A DNA stretch of 64,000 nt from Myxococcales bacterium (GTDB taxonomy: Bacteria > Myxococcota_A > Polyangia > Palsa-1104 > JAEUJZ01), in the NCBI GenBank assembly GCA_016794365.1, contig JAEUKB010000009.1, positions 8,355 to 72,354 on the forward strand. Direction: 5' to 3'. The notes beneath the pieces were generated by a model, which was not told the DNA's origin, ran no database searches, and was given only the letters and a program-made list of their open reading frames with translations. Below are positions 46,378 through 58,059 of the stretch, piece after piece; position 1 is the first letter of the stretch; each line of letters begins with the position of its first letter. The translations under genes were made by a program, and so were the position numbers.

Positions 46378-47982
46378 TTATAGGAAGGCTGGATCGCGGT
46401 GGACTCCGAACTCTTCGCGGAAGACATCACAGACTTCGCCCAGCGTAACGTGAGCGCGCACCGCATCGAGCACTGCAACCATCACGTTGTCGCGATGACA
46501 GTCATCTCCGCGACAGGCGCGACGTAGCTCGTTCATGGCTCGATCGACCTGCGCAGGATCGCGACGGCTGCGTAGATCTTTGACCCGCTCAATCTGGGTC
46601 TTTTCCACAGTGGAGTCGATCTTGAGCGTCGGAATTCGATCGCCTTCTTTTCCTGCGTAGCGATTCACACCAACGATCACTCGCTCTCCACCATCGACGG
46701 CGCGCTGGAAGTGATAGGCAGAGTTTGCGATCTCACGCTGCGGATATCCGTCTTCCACGGCGCGGATGATTCCGCCCAGATCATCGATCTTGCGGATGTA
46801 GGCCATCGCGCGCTCTTCCATGTCGTCGGTGAGCTTTTCGATGAAGTAGCTTCCACCAAGCGGATCGGCGACCGCAGGAATGCCCGATTCCTCTGCGATG
46901 ATCTGCTGGGTTCGGAGCGCCAACGTCGCCGCATCTTCCGTCGGGAGCGCATACGTTTCATCGTAGGAATTGGTGTGCAGGCTCTGGGTTCCACCGAGCA
47001 CTGCGGCCAGCGCCTGAATCGTCGTTCGCACCACGTTGTTGAGCGGCTGCTGCGCCATCAGCGACACGCCGGCGGTCTGGGCGTGCGTACGCAGAATCCA
47101 AGAGCGCGGATTTTTGGCGTGGAAGCGCTCGCGCATGACCTTGGCCCAGATGCGACGCGCCGCCCGGAACTTGGCGATTTCCTCGAAGAAGTCGTTGTGA
47201 ACGTCGAAGAAGTACGACAGCCGAGGCGCAAAGGAATCGACATCAAGTCCGGCATCGATTCCCATCTGGACGTAGCCGATTCCGTCGGCCAGCGTAAACG
47301 CCAGCTCTTGCACTGCGGTCGCTCCGGCCTCGCGGATGTGATAGCCACTGATGCTGATGGTGTTCCACAGCGGCATCTCTTTGGTGCAGTACCAGAGCAT
47401 GTCGCGCATGATGCGGATCGCCGGACGGATGGGGCTGATCCACTCCTTTTGCGCGATGTATTCCTTGAGCATGTCGTTCTGGAGCGTGCCGCGTAGCTGG
47501 CTTGGCTTTACGCCCTGGCGCTCGGCGTTGACGATGTAGCAAGCGAGCAGATAGACCGCCGGAGCATTGATCGTCATCGATGTGGTGACATCCGCGAGCG
47601 GAATCCCATCGAACAGTCGCGCCATGTCTTCGACGCTGGCGACGTTGACGCCTTCGCGACCGACTTCCCCGAGTGAGCGCTCTGAGTCCGGGTCATAGCC
47701 CATCAGCGTCGGCATATCGAACGCCGTCGAGAGCCCCGTCTGTCCTTCCTTCAGCAGGAAGTGGAAGCGACGGTTTGTGTCTTCGGGTGTACCGAAGCCA
47801 GCAAACATGCGCATCGTCCACAGCTTGCCTCGGTACATCGTTTCGTGAACGCCGCGCGTAAACGGATACTGTCCGGGCTCGCCGATTTCTTCGTACGGAC
47901 GCACATCGTGCGGTCCGTAGTGGTTCTTGAGCGGTATGCCGGACATGGTCTCGTAGCGGCGGGTTTTCGTCGGGTCAGCCAT
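46378..47982 (-). CDS. Methylmalonyl-CoA mutase-family catalytic (TIM-barrel) subunit lacking a B12-binding domain
   Basis: ~534 aa from [18 protein letters not shown]; conserved MCM substrate-domain blocks ([38 protein letters not shown]). The protein ends without a C-terminal Rossmann/B12 module. Confidence 0.8.
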   Translation of the reverse strand: MADPTKTRRYETMSGIPLKNHYGPHDVRPYEEIGEPGQYPFTRGVHETMYRGKLWTMRMFAGFGTPEDTNRRFHFLLKEGQTGLSTAFDMPTLMGYDPDSERSLGEVGREGVNVASVEDMARLFDGIPLADVTTSMTINAPAVYLLACYIVNAERQGVKPSQLRGTLQNDMLKEYIAQKEWISPIRPAIRIMRDMLWYCTKEMPLWNTISISGYHIREAGATAVQELAFTLADGIGYVQMGIDAGLDVDSFAPRLSYFFDVHNDFFEEIAKFRAARRIWAKVMRERFHAKNPRSWILRTHAQTAGVSLMAQQPLNNVVRTTIQALAAVLGGTQSLHTNSYDETYALPTEDAATLALRTQQIIAEESGIPAVADPLGGSYFIEKLTDDMEERAMAYIRKIDDLGGIIRAVEDGYPQREIANSAYHFQRAVDGGERVIVGVNRYAGKEGDRIPTLKIDSTVEKTQIERVKDLRSRRDPAQVDRAMNELRRACRGDDCHRDNVMVAVLDAVRAHVTLGEVCDVFREEFGVHRDPAFL

Positions 47983-48014
47983 AGCGCGAGTTTGCTCTGC
48001 CCTCGCCGGGTCCG

Positions 48015-51000
48015 TCAATACACAGACCGGTTCGCCGTGCGAGCCCAGACGCCTCGGCCTTCTTGCCACAGTCGCAGCGCCCGCCGTGCCAGCTCGATCT
48101 TGCGCTGCATGTGTAGCTCATCGTGGAACACCGTCGAGACCATCGTTCGACTGACTTTGTAGGTGCGACGCAGTCGATCGCGGCCCAAGTCGCCGATTCG
48201 CGGGGTGGGACTGGTCATCGATGCGGTCTGGCCTCCGTTTGAGTGGACGACCGCCGACTGAAGCACGGGCGGAATCGCAAAGCCCGGTGAACTGCTTCCC
48301 GGCGGATTTCCTTCGGTTGTCAGGTATTCCGCTTCGTCGCTGACCAGATAGAACGTGTTGGTCAGATCACGGACGATGCGACGCACGGCTTCATGGTTAA
48401 ACGCCGATACGAAGTCTTCGTCGTGATGTGCGATTCGCTGGCGATCGCGCGCATCAAGCGTCTGAAACCACAGGTGAACGTACTCGACGGCGGTATCGAT
48501 GGTAAACCAGGGCTCATCGACGAGACTGAGCAGCACGAAGCTACACTCTGGCCCGAGCATGTACATGCCATTTTCGCTCTGTAGCGCCGCGCGCTCTTCG
48601 GCATAGACCTTTTCCAGCGCCAGCAGCACGTCGCGATCGGTAATCTTCTGTTCTTCTCGACGGGAAGATCGCAGCCGCTCGTCGATGCTCTGAATGATGA
48701 GCGCGCCGCAGTGCTGGAGCCAAGCCGGAACCCGGAACGTCTTGTCGAGGAGAAGCTGCTCGACCGCGTGCGATTCAAAGCGCAGACCCAGACGGGCAAA
48801 CGGCTCACGCACCATGCGCTCGGCACTGGACTCGTCGAGCGGACCCAACAGCCGCAGCTTGGCAAAGTTGAGCAGCGGACCAAACAGATCCCAGCGCGCT
48901 TCGACCAGCTCTGCGTGACCGGCCAAGATGACGCGACAGACCGCGCCACCGTGAAGCAGCAGTGCCGACGCCGAGCGCAGCTCTTCCAACAGCGGAGACT
49001 GACGGCGCAGCTCCGGCGGGGTCGTCAGTCCTTCAATCAGCCCGTCCACCACGTCATGCGGCAGATCCAAGCTGCTCAGGCTTTCCTTCAGCTTCGTCGT
49101 CGCCACCTTCAAAATCGGCGGCGTTCCCGGCGGCATCAGCGACGCCAGTGCTTGACCAATCGTCGCTGCTTCGCGCCACTCACCCAGCAGATACGCGCGC
49201 CGCTCGGTGCGCAGGATCGTGTCAATTTCGTCGAGAACAATCGCCACGCTGCGATCAGGAAACTTGCGCGTCCACAGATCGACGACCGCACGCAGCGGCG
49301 GCAGCGGCTCTCCCAGCGCGAAGCCAGCCTGCGCTTTTTGCGGATCCAGGTCTTCAAACAGCTCCAGGATCATTGACTTGAGCAGCTCACGGCTCGTCGG
49401 TGCGGTCGTGTAGTCCATGCCGCGCGGAATCACCCGATAGCCTTGCTGTTCCAGTTCAAAGCGCACACGCTGAAGCAGCGAGGTCTTGCCGATCTTGCGC
49501 GGCCCGACGACCAGGAAGTTTTCCTGACGCTGACCACGAATCTCTTCGAGCAGCGAGCGACGACCGTAGAACATCTCCTCGATCAGCTCTTGGTTGGCCA
49601 GGCCCATCTTCGAGCGGAACGGCGACAGCGCTGCATACGAAGCCGCTGCTGCCAGACGACGAATCAGCTCTTCGACGGGATTGTCGTGCAGCGCCGCGTG
49701 CTGAATGTCGGTGATATCAATCGCTGCGACGTGAAACAGGTTCCGGCTCCACGACAGCACCTCGGGGGACAGCTCTGGCACGATCACAATCGCGGACAGC
49801 GACGTATCGCTGATCGTCGCTTCAATGCCCGCAAACGACGCATCCGAGCGAGCGAGCGGATTGGGCCCCGAGCCACCACTTAGCATCGGCAAGCGCTTGC
49901 GGAGATCGATCTGGACTTGTTCGAGCGTGCCGCGATCCGGCTGACTCGACGGTAGATACAGCACCACGCGCTTGAGCCACGGAAGCTGACGCTTTTCCCG
50001 AAAGCGAATCTGCACCGAGCGCAGGCTGACGGCGCTGAGATCCGCACTGCCATCTTTGCTGGTTCCATCGACCAGATCGAGTCGGAAATAGCGCGCCACC
50101 GCCTCGACAAAGCGCGGCTCTTCTTGGCCATCGACCCACTTGCGACACGAGCGCGACAGATCCAGAAACTCTTGCCAGCGACTCTGACCGCCTTGCAGGT
50201 TGGGACGATTCCAGCCGAGCACCGCTCGAACCTGCGCCGCGTTGCCACCGAGTGCGCGATCGACGCCCGCCGCATCCCACAATGGCAGCCCGCGCGTCAG
50301 GTTTCGTCCGTCGATGGTGTTGGTCAGTCCGACTTCACCTTCGACGACACCGAGCAGCGTCCGCAGCCACTCGCGCGCTGGCGGCGAACAGAATGCGTAA
50401 AACACCCGATCGCCGCTGAGCTTGTGATGGCTGATCAGCCCGAGCGCCGTCAGATCGCCCGCCATCTGTTCCAGCCAGCGACCACTTGCCTGCTCACGCG
50501 CACTTGGATCTTCCAGCGGGGATCGTCCTCGCAGCCGAGGCCGCGCTTGCTTCAGATACGTCCACAGCACGCTGCGTGAGTCGTGCAGGCTGCCTCGGAT
50601 GCGTACTTTTTTTAGCCACATCACGCGGTTCAGATCGTCGATGGTGCGCTGCTCGATCCGCACGCCTGCCGAGGCCACCACTTTGCTCGTCGGAAGCCGA
50701 TCCTTTCCAGAGATCGAATACACCGGCTGATCGACGACCATGCCTGCGCGCAGATCCGCGACATCGAGATCCACCGAGTCACTACACAGCGCCGCTAGAT
50801 ACAGCCGATGCCCGAGAGGAAGTGCGCCCCACAGCGTCGATAAAAAGGTTCCAACCCGCGCTTCAAAGGCGCTCGGCGACAGCGGCGCGCGACTTCGCTC
50901 ACGCAGCGCTTGCTCGAGCAGCGGCAGACACTCGGCGCACAGCCGCAGATCGGTGCCGGTGATGTCAATCAGCGTGCGAACCGCTGACTGTGCCGTCGAG

Positions 51001-54000
51001 GGAGTGCTCATTCCCGGCAGCCCCGGACCACTCTGCGCGGACAGCGAGCCTCCGTCGCGATGATGCAGCAAGTTGAGCAGCGCTTGTTCCAGCTCGGTGC
51101 GCATTCGTTCGTCGCTGCGCTGCTGCGAAAGTGGGTCCGCCACCACATCCAAGTCCAAGAGCTGAACCGTGCGCGGCTGCTGAAGCTCCGGCGAGGAACC
51201 GACGGAACCACTGCTATAAGGCAGCGTCTGAAGCAGAATCGCCGCCGCCTGTGGAGACACGAGCAGCAGCACGCGGCCTCGATAGGCGAGAGCAATGCGC
51301 GCACCCAGCATGTAGAGCTGACGCAGCTCGCTGTCTTCCAGACGGGCTCGCTCGGCCAGCTCTGGCAGGCCCAAGATGATCAGCCCTCGACTTGCGGTTC
51401 CCGTCCCCGACACCGGCGCATCGGCCACCGCGCGCACCACTGCATCGACGGTATCCAGACGATCCGCACTCGGCAGCCCAAGCAGCGTCCCGAGCCGCTG
51501 ACCGATCTGCTGCACCACCTCGCGCAGCGTCGGCGTCATCTGTCGCTGCGTGGTCATCGTCTGCGCGCCACTGCTCGGTGTGCGCACCGCGACGTTCACC
51601 ATGCGCCAGTCTTCCAGCGTATCGAGCGGACGCTCTGGCCAGTCGAGCCCCACCGCTTCAGCGAGCAGCTCATGTGCGTGGGCCGGAAACGCCGTCGTCA
51701 GCGCCACCGCCGACTGCGCCGGACGGATGCGCTCGAGCAGATCTTGCTTATGAACGGCAAACAGCGTCGGGAGACGCTCGCTGAAGCTATCGAACAAGGC
51801 CCGCGCCAGCGCCCGCGCTTCCCGTCGGAACTGTCCTTCAATCGTGCGCTCGGTTCGCTTGTCTCCATCGTGAGACAGCTCAATCTCGATCCGATAGCGC
51901 AGTCCGTCGGCAGCCATCGCGGCGGGACACTCGATGACCAGGCCCAGCTCTTGTCCGGGCTCCAAATCCACTGCGTCGGGATCGAGCACGCGCGCGCGCA
52001 CTTCCCGAGGCTCTACTTGCCTAACCGTCAACAGCACGCCATGCGCAGTCCGAGGCGCATCCGCCGCCAGCAGCACCGCATAACGCAGCACGCGTCGTCC
52101 CTCGGTGATGCCTAGATCTGACACCAGCCGTACGTCGAAGTCTGGCTCGGTGCGCAGCCGGGTTGCTTCCTCGCGCAGGACTTGCCACCACACCGTCAGT
52201 AGCGCGACGACGGTGGCTTGCGGACGAACCCGCAGCATTCGCGACACAAACGCGCCGGTGTGCTGTGCTGGCGGCTCTTCCGAGAGCTGCTGAAGCAGCT
52301 TCATCCGAATGCCGTTGCGATGCTGCTCGACCTGTTCTGCGACTTCATCGAGCGTGTGCGCGAGCTGCGCTTTGTTGTTTTTGCGGTCCATGTCCTGAAG
52401 GGCCGACAGCAAAAACTGCTGCTCACTGAGGAACAGCTCTTCGTCGAGAAGTCCCCACGCTTCGTCGCGATAACGATAGGACAGGTGCTCACTCGAGAGC
52501 TGATGATGACTGCGCAGCGACAACAGCGCGCGATCCACCGCTTGAGGCTGTAGCGACGCGAGCAGCTCCGCGATGCTGGTCACGTCGAAGATGCGCAGCA
52601 CACCCTGAACCATTTCGTGCAGTGCCCACGCATCGGTTGGAACATTGTCGATGCTGAGCGGCAGCGCCGATCGCGTCAGCTCGTCGGAAAGCCGCTCGTA
52701 ATACATCTGATCGAAGCCATTTTCGACGGCGACCTCGAAGCGCCAAGCCAGGCTCTCTCCGGCGGCGATGCTGGCGCTGACCTCATCGTTTTCATCCGAG
52801 CCAATCGTCGGCAGCCGTGGTCCCCAGCGTCGTGACACACCGAGCAAGAACGCACGCACCTCGGGATCGGGCAGGATCTCGGGCTGACACATGGCCTCGA
52901 TGACTTGATGCGGCAGATACAGCCGAACCCGTCCCAGATCCCCGGCCAAAAAGATGCGTTCCCAGCGCAGCGCCGAGCGCAGCAGCAGCGCCAGGTTGGT
53001 CAGCAGAAAGCGACTCGGCAGCGTCGGACCCACGGCTTCCAGCACCGCGACGATGTTGCGGAAAAACGTCGGCTCTGCGTCGTCGAAGAGCTGCGCACGA
53101 TCAAGCCGCTGGAGGTGCCGCAAAAACAGCGCCGCGACGCCATCGACGGTCAGCGGCCACGGAACCGGACGCGTATCAAGCCGCGCGTCGTAATACAAAA
53201 TCAGCTGCGGCAGCCACAGCGACAGCTCATCAATGTGTTCGGGACGAACGTGCGCTTCGATGCACTGGAGCAGATCGCCGCGCACCGCCAGCGGATCTTC
53301 GCAAAACTGCACCAGCTTCCCGAGCAGCTCCCGAGCGAGCCGCGACTGCTGCGCGTCGGCACCACTTCCCGCTCCACCGAGTGCAATCGGCAGCAACGAG
53401 TCAAAGAGCTGCGCCACCAGCAAGCGATGACGCGGCGGACGCGGCAATGGCCATGCAGCCACGTCGAACACCTCGGAGCGTCCCGTCGGCTTGGGCGGCA
53501 GCTCTCCGCCGGACTCGACATCCCCTTGCAGCATCAGCCGACACAGGTGCAGCACGCTCGCCACCGCCGGAGTTCCTCGCTCAAGCTTCGGCTTATTGGT
53601 CAGCGGCAGACGGCTCACGCTCGTCACCGATGGAACTTTCGGCTCCGACGAAGTGTAGATCGAACCAGCGATTCGTCCCTCGCGCGCGTTGCGCAGCAGC
53701 TCTCGCATCGCGACGGCGCGAATGTGCGGTCCCAGCCCGCGCAGCGCCGCGCGCAGCAGTCCCACCCGAGAGCCCGCCGCCCTGGTCCCCAGCTCGAGCA
53801 GTCGCTGGATGCTCTGTCCGTGATCGTCGTTCGGATGCGCTTCCCAGCTCGTCAGCACGCCGCCTGACAGGACAATCAGCAGTCGGAAGCCACCCTCGGC
53901 CATCGGCCTACACATCATTCGCTGCGGCGTTCCTCCCGCTGCGAGCCGCGTCACTTCCTGTCCGTCGTGGCGGAAGTCAATCGCGATGACGTGGACTTGC

Positions 54001-56771
54001 TCGTCCTCGGTGCCAATCGCCAGACACGGCACGCCGAACACACCTTCGGGCACAAAGCACAGCGCCGAGATGCCTTTGGGCAACAGATACTGCGCGTGCA
54101 GCCGCAGCGAGTCCGCTTCAACGTGCAGCACTTGGACTTGTCCCGTCGTCGTTCCAACTGCAATCGTAGTTGCTTCTTCGTCGAGCGCTGCGCAGTACAC
54201 TCCCGCCGGAGACGGAGCCCACAGCGGCTTGTCTCCCGGTCGCTGAAGCTTGATTCGCGCCGACGACAGATACAGCGATCCGCCCGTCGTCGAGACCACC
54301 GCAATCAGATCACTCGGCAGCAGCGTCGATCGCAGCCGCAGTCCACCACCGTGCGAGTCGAGCACCAGCACTTGCGGACGCGCGCGCTCTGTCGTTCCGG
54401 GCAGACGCAGCACCAGCGACTCGACCTCGCTGCGAATGATGGACTCCGTGCCGCTGTTTTCCTCGACGTGACAGTCATAGCCAATCGGCTCTACCGAGAC
54501 ACCACCGCAGCGAGCTTCCCCTCGCAGAAACAGTCTTCCGTCGCTGAGCGGCGTAAACACCATCAGTCTGGTGTCGCCCGCTTCTTCCGCACCGACGATC
54601 ACCGTTGGCAAAATACAGTCGCCCTCTTTCCAGAGCCGTCGCGCTTCGACGAAGCGAACCTGACCGGGAATCTTGATCTCGGGCCCACCTTGGGACGGCA
54701 GCCACGGCCACGCCATGATCTCGGACTCTGGCGTCTTGCCGTCCCAGGTTGTGTGCGCGGGCTGAAGCGGCTCAATGCGCAGCGCACGATGACGACCGAT
54801 TCCGACGACATAACAGCGCTGTGGCCAGACATCGGCGGGCATCGTCGGGGTCGGTCCCGACAGATCCAGCGGATCAAGCGCCGTCGATGACAGATCGAGC
54901 CGCTCCAGCTCGATGGAAAAGCGATCCGTGCGCAGCTCTTCGGTCAGACCGATGGCGCGTAGCACCCGAACCACCACGTCGCTGTTTTCATCAAGCCGAG
55001 GCCGTTCTCCGTCGGGAAGTGACTGAAGATGTTCCAGCCGCGTCTCTGACTCCGTCGCCAGTGTGCTGGAATATTCGCGCGCGCGCAGGCTGCGGACATT
55101 GAGCAGCTTGCGAAGCTCCGGCGGCGGCTGATCGACGCTGAGCATGTCGTCTTCGTCGCTCGCTTGGCTGGGAACCAGCAGCCAGTACTGCTCGAACAGC
55201 CGACGAGAGATGCGATCGATCTGATGACGAACCAGACGCGGGGCACCCAGGTAAATCTCAACCAGCTCGGCCATCACCGTCCGTGCGAGCTGTAGCTTGG
55301 TCGTCGGATCAAACAGTCCCGACGGAATCACCTCACCGGGGCCTCCTTCTTGAAGCTGACGCGCCGATAGCAGCGGGAGCGGTCCCGTCGGTGTCGAGCG
55401 TCCTTCCAGCGTCGCAAGCTGCGGCAAGTGCAAAAGCAGAAAGTGCTCCATCGTCACCACCGCTTCGCGCTGGGCTCGCTCGGGCAGGGTGTGCCAGCCG
55501 GGCTGTCCGAGGGTAAACCAGCGCACCAGCTCGACGACGGCGTGGGTGGCGGGACCGTTACTTTCCAGCACGCGACTCAGCAAATACAGCTGTACCGCAG
55601 GGTGCGCTTCGTGACGGGGCGGTGCCAGCTCTAGGAGCTTGTCGCTCGCGCGGTGTCCCAGCGCCGAAAAGAGCTGACGACAGCGCTGGTTGAGCAGCGG
55701 CGGCTCGGTCAGCTCGTAGATGCGCATGCCACCGTCGATTCCACCGAGTACCAAGTCGATCCGTCCGCTTGACTCGACATCGGCCAGCGTCATCGACGAA
55801 AACAGAAAGCCTGCGTCCATCCGCCACAGCACACCCGAGTGCGACTGCGACAGATCCATCGCGAACACATAGCCGAACGACGTTCCACCGAGCAGCAGCC
55901 CTCGGCCTGGCATTCCGCGATCGGACGGTCGTCGGACTTGGGAATAGGCCAGACAGACAAAGCGCCACTGCGGAAACAGCAGCGAGCGCAGCCTTCCGTC
56001 GCGACTGATGCGCTGAAGTCCGCCGCGCGCGTAGGCAACGACCAGCTCATCGTCGGCGAGCACCATGTCGGTGACTTCGCCGGGCAGAAACGAAACCTTG
56101 CCAAAGTCAGTGCTGACGGGACTGCGCGGGCCGATGCGATCGTCGATGATCTCAACCCACAGGCGTCCGTCGTCGGGACGACCGCGTAGGACCGGGACGC
56201 GACCGACCTCGCTGGAATCGCCAATCAGCCTGATTTCACCGAGCCCAAGTGAGCTGGTGCTGCGGTGTTCCAGCTCGGCGACATCCCACTGCTGACCGTC
56301 GCAGGTGAGCTTCAGCTCGCGATAGACCGCGCTGCCGTCGTTTTCTTCGACGGAAGTGACGATCGCTTCCTGACGATGAAAGACGCCAAATGGACTGAGG
56401 CTGATCCCGATCAATCGTCCGCGATAGCGATGGCTGCCGATGATCCACGACGCGACCTCGCCACTTTCGGTCTGTCGGACGGAAAAGCGTGGCGTGTGGA
56501 CGTTGCGATCGCTGTCGATGACCAGGATTTCGTTTTTGCCGTCTCCGTCGAGATCGGCGACTCGGACCAGCAACAGCTCGCGGCCAAAGCGCAGACGGGC
56601 ACGGAGCAGCGCGGGACGATTGCGCAGCCGACACAGCCGAGTCAGCTCACGCGCGATCTCATCCGAGCTGGTCGGTATCGGGCCTTGCGCCAGCTTGACC
56701 AGCGCGCGGTACTCCTCGACATCCTGCGTGGACAGCGGCGTTTCAATGCGACGGACACGCGGTTCAGCCAT
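48015..56771 (-). CDS. Giant multidomain protein (2918 aa): N-terminal FG-GAP/VCBS-like beta-propeller region, second WD40-like propeller, long alpha-helical region, C-terminal ORC/PF01637-type P-loop ATPase plus ~400-aa tail
   Basis: Single uninterrupted ORF. No signal peptide. Ca-binding-type repeats [15 protein letters not shown] and [20 protein letters not shown]-like blades ([31 protein letters not shown]). ATPase module: [36 protein letters not shown] (Walker A, + strand ~49485-49511) and [12 protein letters not shown] (Walker B, + strand 49213-49248). Confidence 0.8.
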   Translation of the reverse strand: MAEPRVRRIETPLSTQDVEEYRALVKLAQGPIPTSSDEIARELTRLCRLRNRPALLRARLRFGRELLLVRVADLDGDGKNEILVIDSDRNVHTPRFSVRQTESGEVASWIIGSHRYRGRLIGISLSPFGVFHRQEAIVTSVEENDGSAVYRELKLTCDGQQWDVAELEHRSTSSLGLGEIRLIGDSSEVGRVPVLRGRPDDGRLWVEIIDDRIGPRSPVSTDFGKVSFLPGEVTDMVLADDELVVAYARGGLQRISRDGRLRSLLFPQWRFVCLAYSQVRRPSDRGMPGRGLLLGGTSFGYVFAMDLSQSHSGVLWRMDAGFLFSSMTLADVESSGRIDLVLGGIDGGMRIYELTEPPLLNQRCRQLFSALGHRASDKLLELAPPRHEAHPAVQLYLLSRVLESNGPATHAVVELVRWFTLGQPGWHTLPERAQREAVVTMEHFLLLHLPQLATLEGRSTPTGPLPLLSARQLQEGGPGEVIPSGLFDPTTKLQLARTVMAELVEIYLGAPRLVRHQIDRISRRLFEQYWLLVPSQASDEDDMLSVDQPPPELRKLLNVRSLRAREYSSTLATESETRLEHLQSLPDGERPRLDENSDVVVRVLRAIGLTEELRTDRFSIELERLDLSSTALDPLDLSGPTPTMPADVWPQRCYVVGIGRHRALRIEPLQPAHTTWDGKTPESEIMAWPWLPSQGGPEIKIPGQVRFVEARRLWKEGDCILPTVIVGAEEAGDTRLMVFTPLSDGRLFLRGEARCGGVSVEPIGYDCHVEENSGTESIIRSEVESLVLRLPGTTERARPQVLVLDSHGGGLRLRSTLLPSDLIAVVSTTGGSLYLSSARIKLQRPGDKPLWAPSPAGVYCAALDEEATTIAVGTTTGQVQVLHVEADSLRLHAQYLLPKGISALCFVPEGVFGVPCLAIGTEDEQVHVIAIDFRHDGQEVTRLAAGGTPQRMMCRPMAEGGFRLLIVLSGGVLTSWEAHPNDDHGQSIQRLLELGTRAAGSRVGLLRAALRGLGPHIRAVAMRELLRNAREGRIAGSIYTSSEPKVPSVTSVSRLPLTNKPKLERGTPAVASVLHLCRLMLQGDVESGGELPPKPTGRSEVFDVAAWPLPRPPRHRLLVAQLFDSLLPIALGGAGSGADAQQSRLARELLGKLVQFCEDPLAVRGDLLQCIEAHVRPEHIDELSLWLPQLILYYDARLDTRPVPWPLTVDGVAALFLRHLQRLDRAQLFDDAEPTFFRNIVAVLEAVGPTLPSRFLLTNLALLLRSALRWERIFLAGDLGRVRLYLPHQVIEAMCQPEILPDPEVRAFLLGVSRRWGPRLPTIGSDENDEVSASIAAGESLAWRFEVAVENGFDQMYYERLSDELTRSALPLSIDNVPTDAWALHEMVQGVLRIFDVTSIAELLASLQPQAVDRALLSLRSHHQLSSEHLSYRYRDEAWGLLDEELFLSEQQFLLSALQDMDRKNNKAQLAHTLDEVAEQVEQHRNGIRMKLLQQLSEEPPAQHTGAFVSRMLRVRPQATVVALLTVWWQVLREEATRLRTEPDFDVRLVSDLGITEGRRVLRYAVLLAADAPRTAHGVLLTVRQVEPREVRARVLDPDAVDLEPGQELGLVIECPAAMAADGLRYRIEIELSHDGDKRTERTIEGQFRREARALARALFDSFSERLPTLFAVHKQDLLERIRPAQSAVALTTAFPAHAHELLAEAVGLDWPERPLDTLEDWRMVNVAVRTPSSGAQTMTTQRQMTPTLREVVQQIGQRLGTLLGLPSADRLDTVDAVVRAVADAPVSGTGTASRGLIILGLPELAERARLEDSELRQLYMLGARIALAYRGRVLLLVSPQAAAILLQTLPYSSGSVGSSPELQQPRTVQLLDLDVVADPLSQQRSDERMRTELEQALLNLLHHRDGGSLSAQSGPGLPGMSTPSTAQSAVRTLIDITGTDLRLCAECLPLLEQALRERSRAPLSPSAFEARVGTFLSTLWGALPLGHRLYLAALCSDSVDLDVADLRAGMVVDQPVYSISGKDRLPTSKVVASAGVRIEQRTIDDLNRVMWLKKVRIRGSLHDSRSVLWTYLKQARPRLRGRSPLEDPSAREQASGRWLEQMAGDLTALGLISHHKLSGDRVFYAFCSPPAREWLRTLLGVVEGEVGLTNTIDGRNLTRGLPLWDAAGVDRALGGNAAQVRAVLGWNRPNLQGGQSRWQEFLDLSRSCRKWVDGQEEPRFVEAVARYFRLDLVDGTSKDGSADLSAVSLRSVQIRFREKRQLPWLKRVVLYLPSSQPDRGTLEQVQIDLRKRLPMLSGGSGPNPLARSDASFAGIEATISDTSLSAIVIVPELSPEVLSWSRNLFHVAAIDITDIQHAALHDNPVEELIRRLAAAASYAALSPFRSKMGLANQELIEEMFYGRRSLLEEIRGQRQENFLVVGPRKIGKTSLLQRVRFELEQQGYRVIPRGMDYTTAPTSRELLKSMILELFEDLDPQKAQAGFALGEPLPPLRAVVDLWTRKFPDRSVAIVLDEIDTILRTERRAYLLGEWREAATIGQALASLMPPGTPPILKVATTKLKESLSSLDLPHDVVDGLIEGLTTPPELRRQSPLLEELRSASALLLHGGAVCRVILAGHAELVEARWDLFGPLLNFAKLRLLGPLDESSAERMVREPFARLGLRFESHAVEQLLLDKTFRVPAWLQHCGALIIQSIDERLRSSRREEQKITDRDVLLALEKVYAEERAALQSENGMYMLGPECSFVLLSLVDEPWFTIDTAVEYVHLWFQTLDARDRQRIAHHDEDFVSAFNHEAVRRIVRDLTNTFYLVSDEAEYLTTEGNPPGSSSPGFAIPPVLQSAVVHSNGGQTASMTSPTPRIGDLGRDRLRRTYKVSRTMVSTVFHDELHMQRKIELARRALRLWQEGRGVWARTANRSVY

Positions 56772-56807
56772 GCGCGAATCATAGCAGTGGCGACCGACGT
56801 AGCTGGC

Positions 56808-57869
56808 TTATTCGGGCGACAGGATGCGAACGGGGGTTTCGGCCAGGTCGATGCGAAGCGTTTCACTGCGTCCAGGGATGAGATCGCCGCCGCTCTGCAT
56901 GGGGACGGGCTGAGAGACGCGCAGCTCGACGGCATCGCACAGAAAGTCGTGTAGCGACGGGCTGCGATAGTCGCCGCGTAGGACAGCGGGCAGGTGTGCC
57001 AGGGTTTCGCTTGCGCTTGCGTCGGTGCAGCGGAGGTGGAACTTGTCGCTGCGTACATCGGCAAACGGGAAGATTCGGACGCCAAAGCCATAGCATGGCA
57101 CCGTCGCTGCGCCCGCCAGCGTGCAGCGACCGCGATACAGCACCGTGCCTCTTGGCAGGGGCGTGTCGTCGGGCTTTCCGTCGAGTCCAATTGCGTATGC
57201 TGGGCCACCGACGTTGACGACCTCGACTTCGGGCAGCTTGCGCATCACAAAGCGTGGCACCGAGCGCAGCGCCACCGCCAAGGCATAGCGCAGCGGGGAA
57301 CCAATCAAGCGACCGAGCCCCATCGCATCCAGGGCTTTGGTGGTCGCGCCGTAGTCTTCCAAAATCTGCGAGTCGAGCCCGGTTCCTGCAAACGGTGACA
57401 GCCGACCATTGACGCGCAGCAGCGGTAGCTCTCGGGTGGGACTGAGGACGGTCTGGGCGCGCTCAAGCTGGGCGTGGATGCCGCGCAGCGTCGAAGGAAT
57501 GCCCTGATAGTAGCCAATTGCGTTGCCAGTTCCGAGCGGTAGCACTCCGACGCGCGGCAAGGGCCGACCACTGCGCAGACAAGCTTCGCGCAGGTCGTTT
57601 AGGCAGCAGACGAATGTGCCGTCTCCGCCGCCGAACAAGATGGTGTGAAACGGACCTTCAGCCAGCTGCGTGGCGATCTGACGGCTGTGCTCGAAGCTCT
57701 CGGACAGAAACAGGTGCTGGCTTGGGTGAAGCTTTTCCAGACGCTGCACCATCTTGCGAGTGACCGCTCGGGCGTTGCGGTTCAAGACCACGGCCACGGC
57801 ACCGAGCGGGTTGCCATTCACCATCGAATCGTGCGCCAGCGAGGCGGAACGAGAGGACTGAAGCTGCAT
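56808..57869 (-). CDS. Diacylglycerol-kinase catalytic-domain family lipid kinase (YegS/LCB5-like)
   Basis: DAGK_cat motif ILFGGGDGTF; conserved GTGN and C-terminal beta-sandwich; 36 bp upstream of the giant gene. Confidence 0.8.
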   Translation of the reverse strand: MQLQSSRSASLAHDSMVNGNPLGAVAVVLNRNARAVTRKMVQRLEKLHPSQHLFLSESFEHSRQIATQLAEGPFHTILFGGGDGTFVCCLNDLREACLRSGRPLPRVGVLPLGTGNAIGYYQGIPSTLRGIHAQLERAQTVLSPTRELPLLRVNGRLSPFAGTGLDSQILEDYGATTKALDAMGLGRLIGSPLRYALAVALRSVPRFVMRKLPEVEVVNVGGPAYAIGLDGKPDDTPLPRGTVLYRGRCTLAGAATVPCYGFGVRIFPFADVRSDKFHLRCTDASASETLAHLPAVLRGDYRSPSLHDFLCDAVELRVSQPVPMQSGGDLIPGRSETLRIDLAETPVRILSPE

Positions 57870-58059
57870 GGTGGCCGGTCTAGAGCATTTCCTGGGCCAG
57901 TGCGCTATGAACTATCCCTGGTTCGTTTTCTCGACGGAAACTTCGCGTTCAGATCGTTCCCCCGGCTGGCTGAGCCCCGATTTGCCGCGTTGCTCAGGTA
58001 CCAAGTGCATAGCTGTTTACGCAGCTGGTCGGGTCATTACGCAGGGAACTTGGCTGAAC

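Noticed and set aside
51060-52115. 351-aa plus-strand ORF (and several other 100-320-aa ORFs) inside the giant gene
   Set aside because: All are antisense or off-frame relative to an 8.7-kb uninterrupted ORF with coherent domain content. Their translations are Arg/His/Gln-rich junk.
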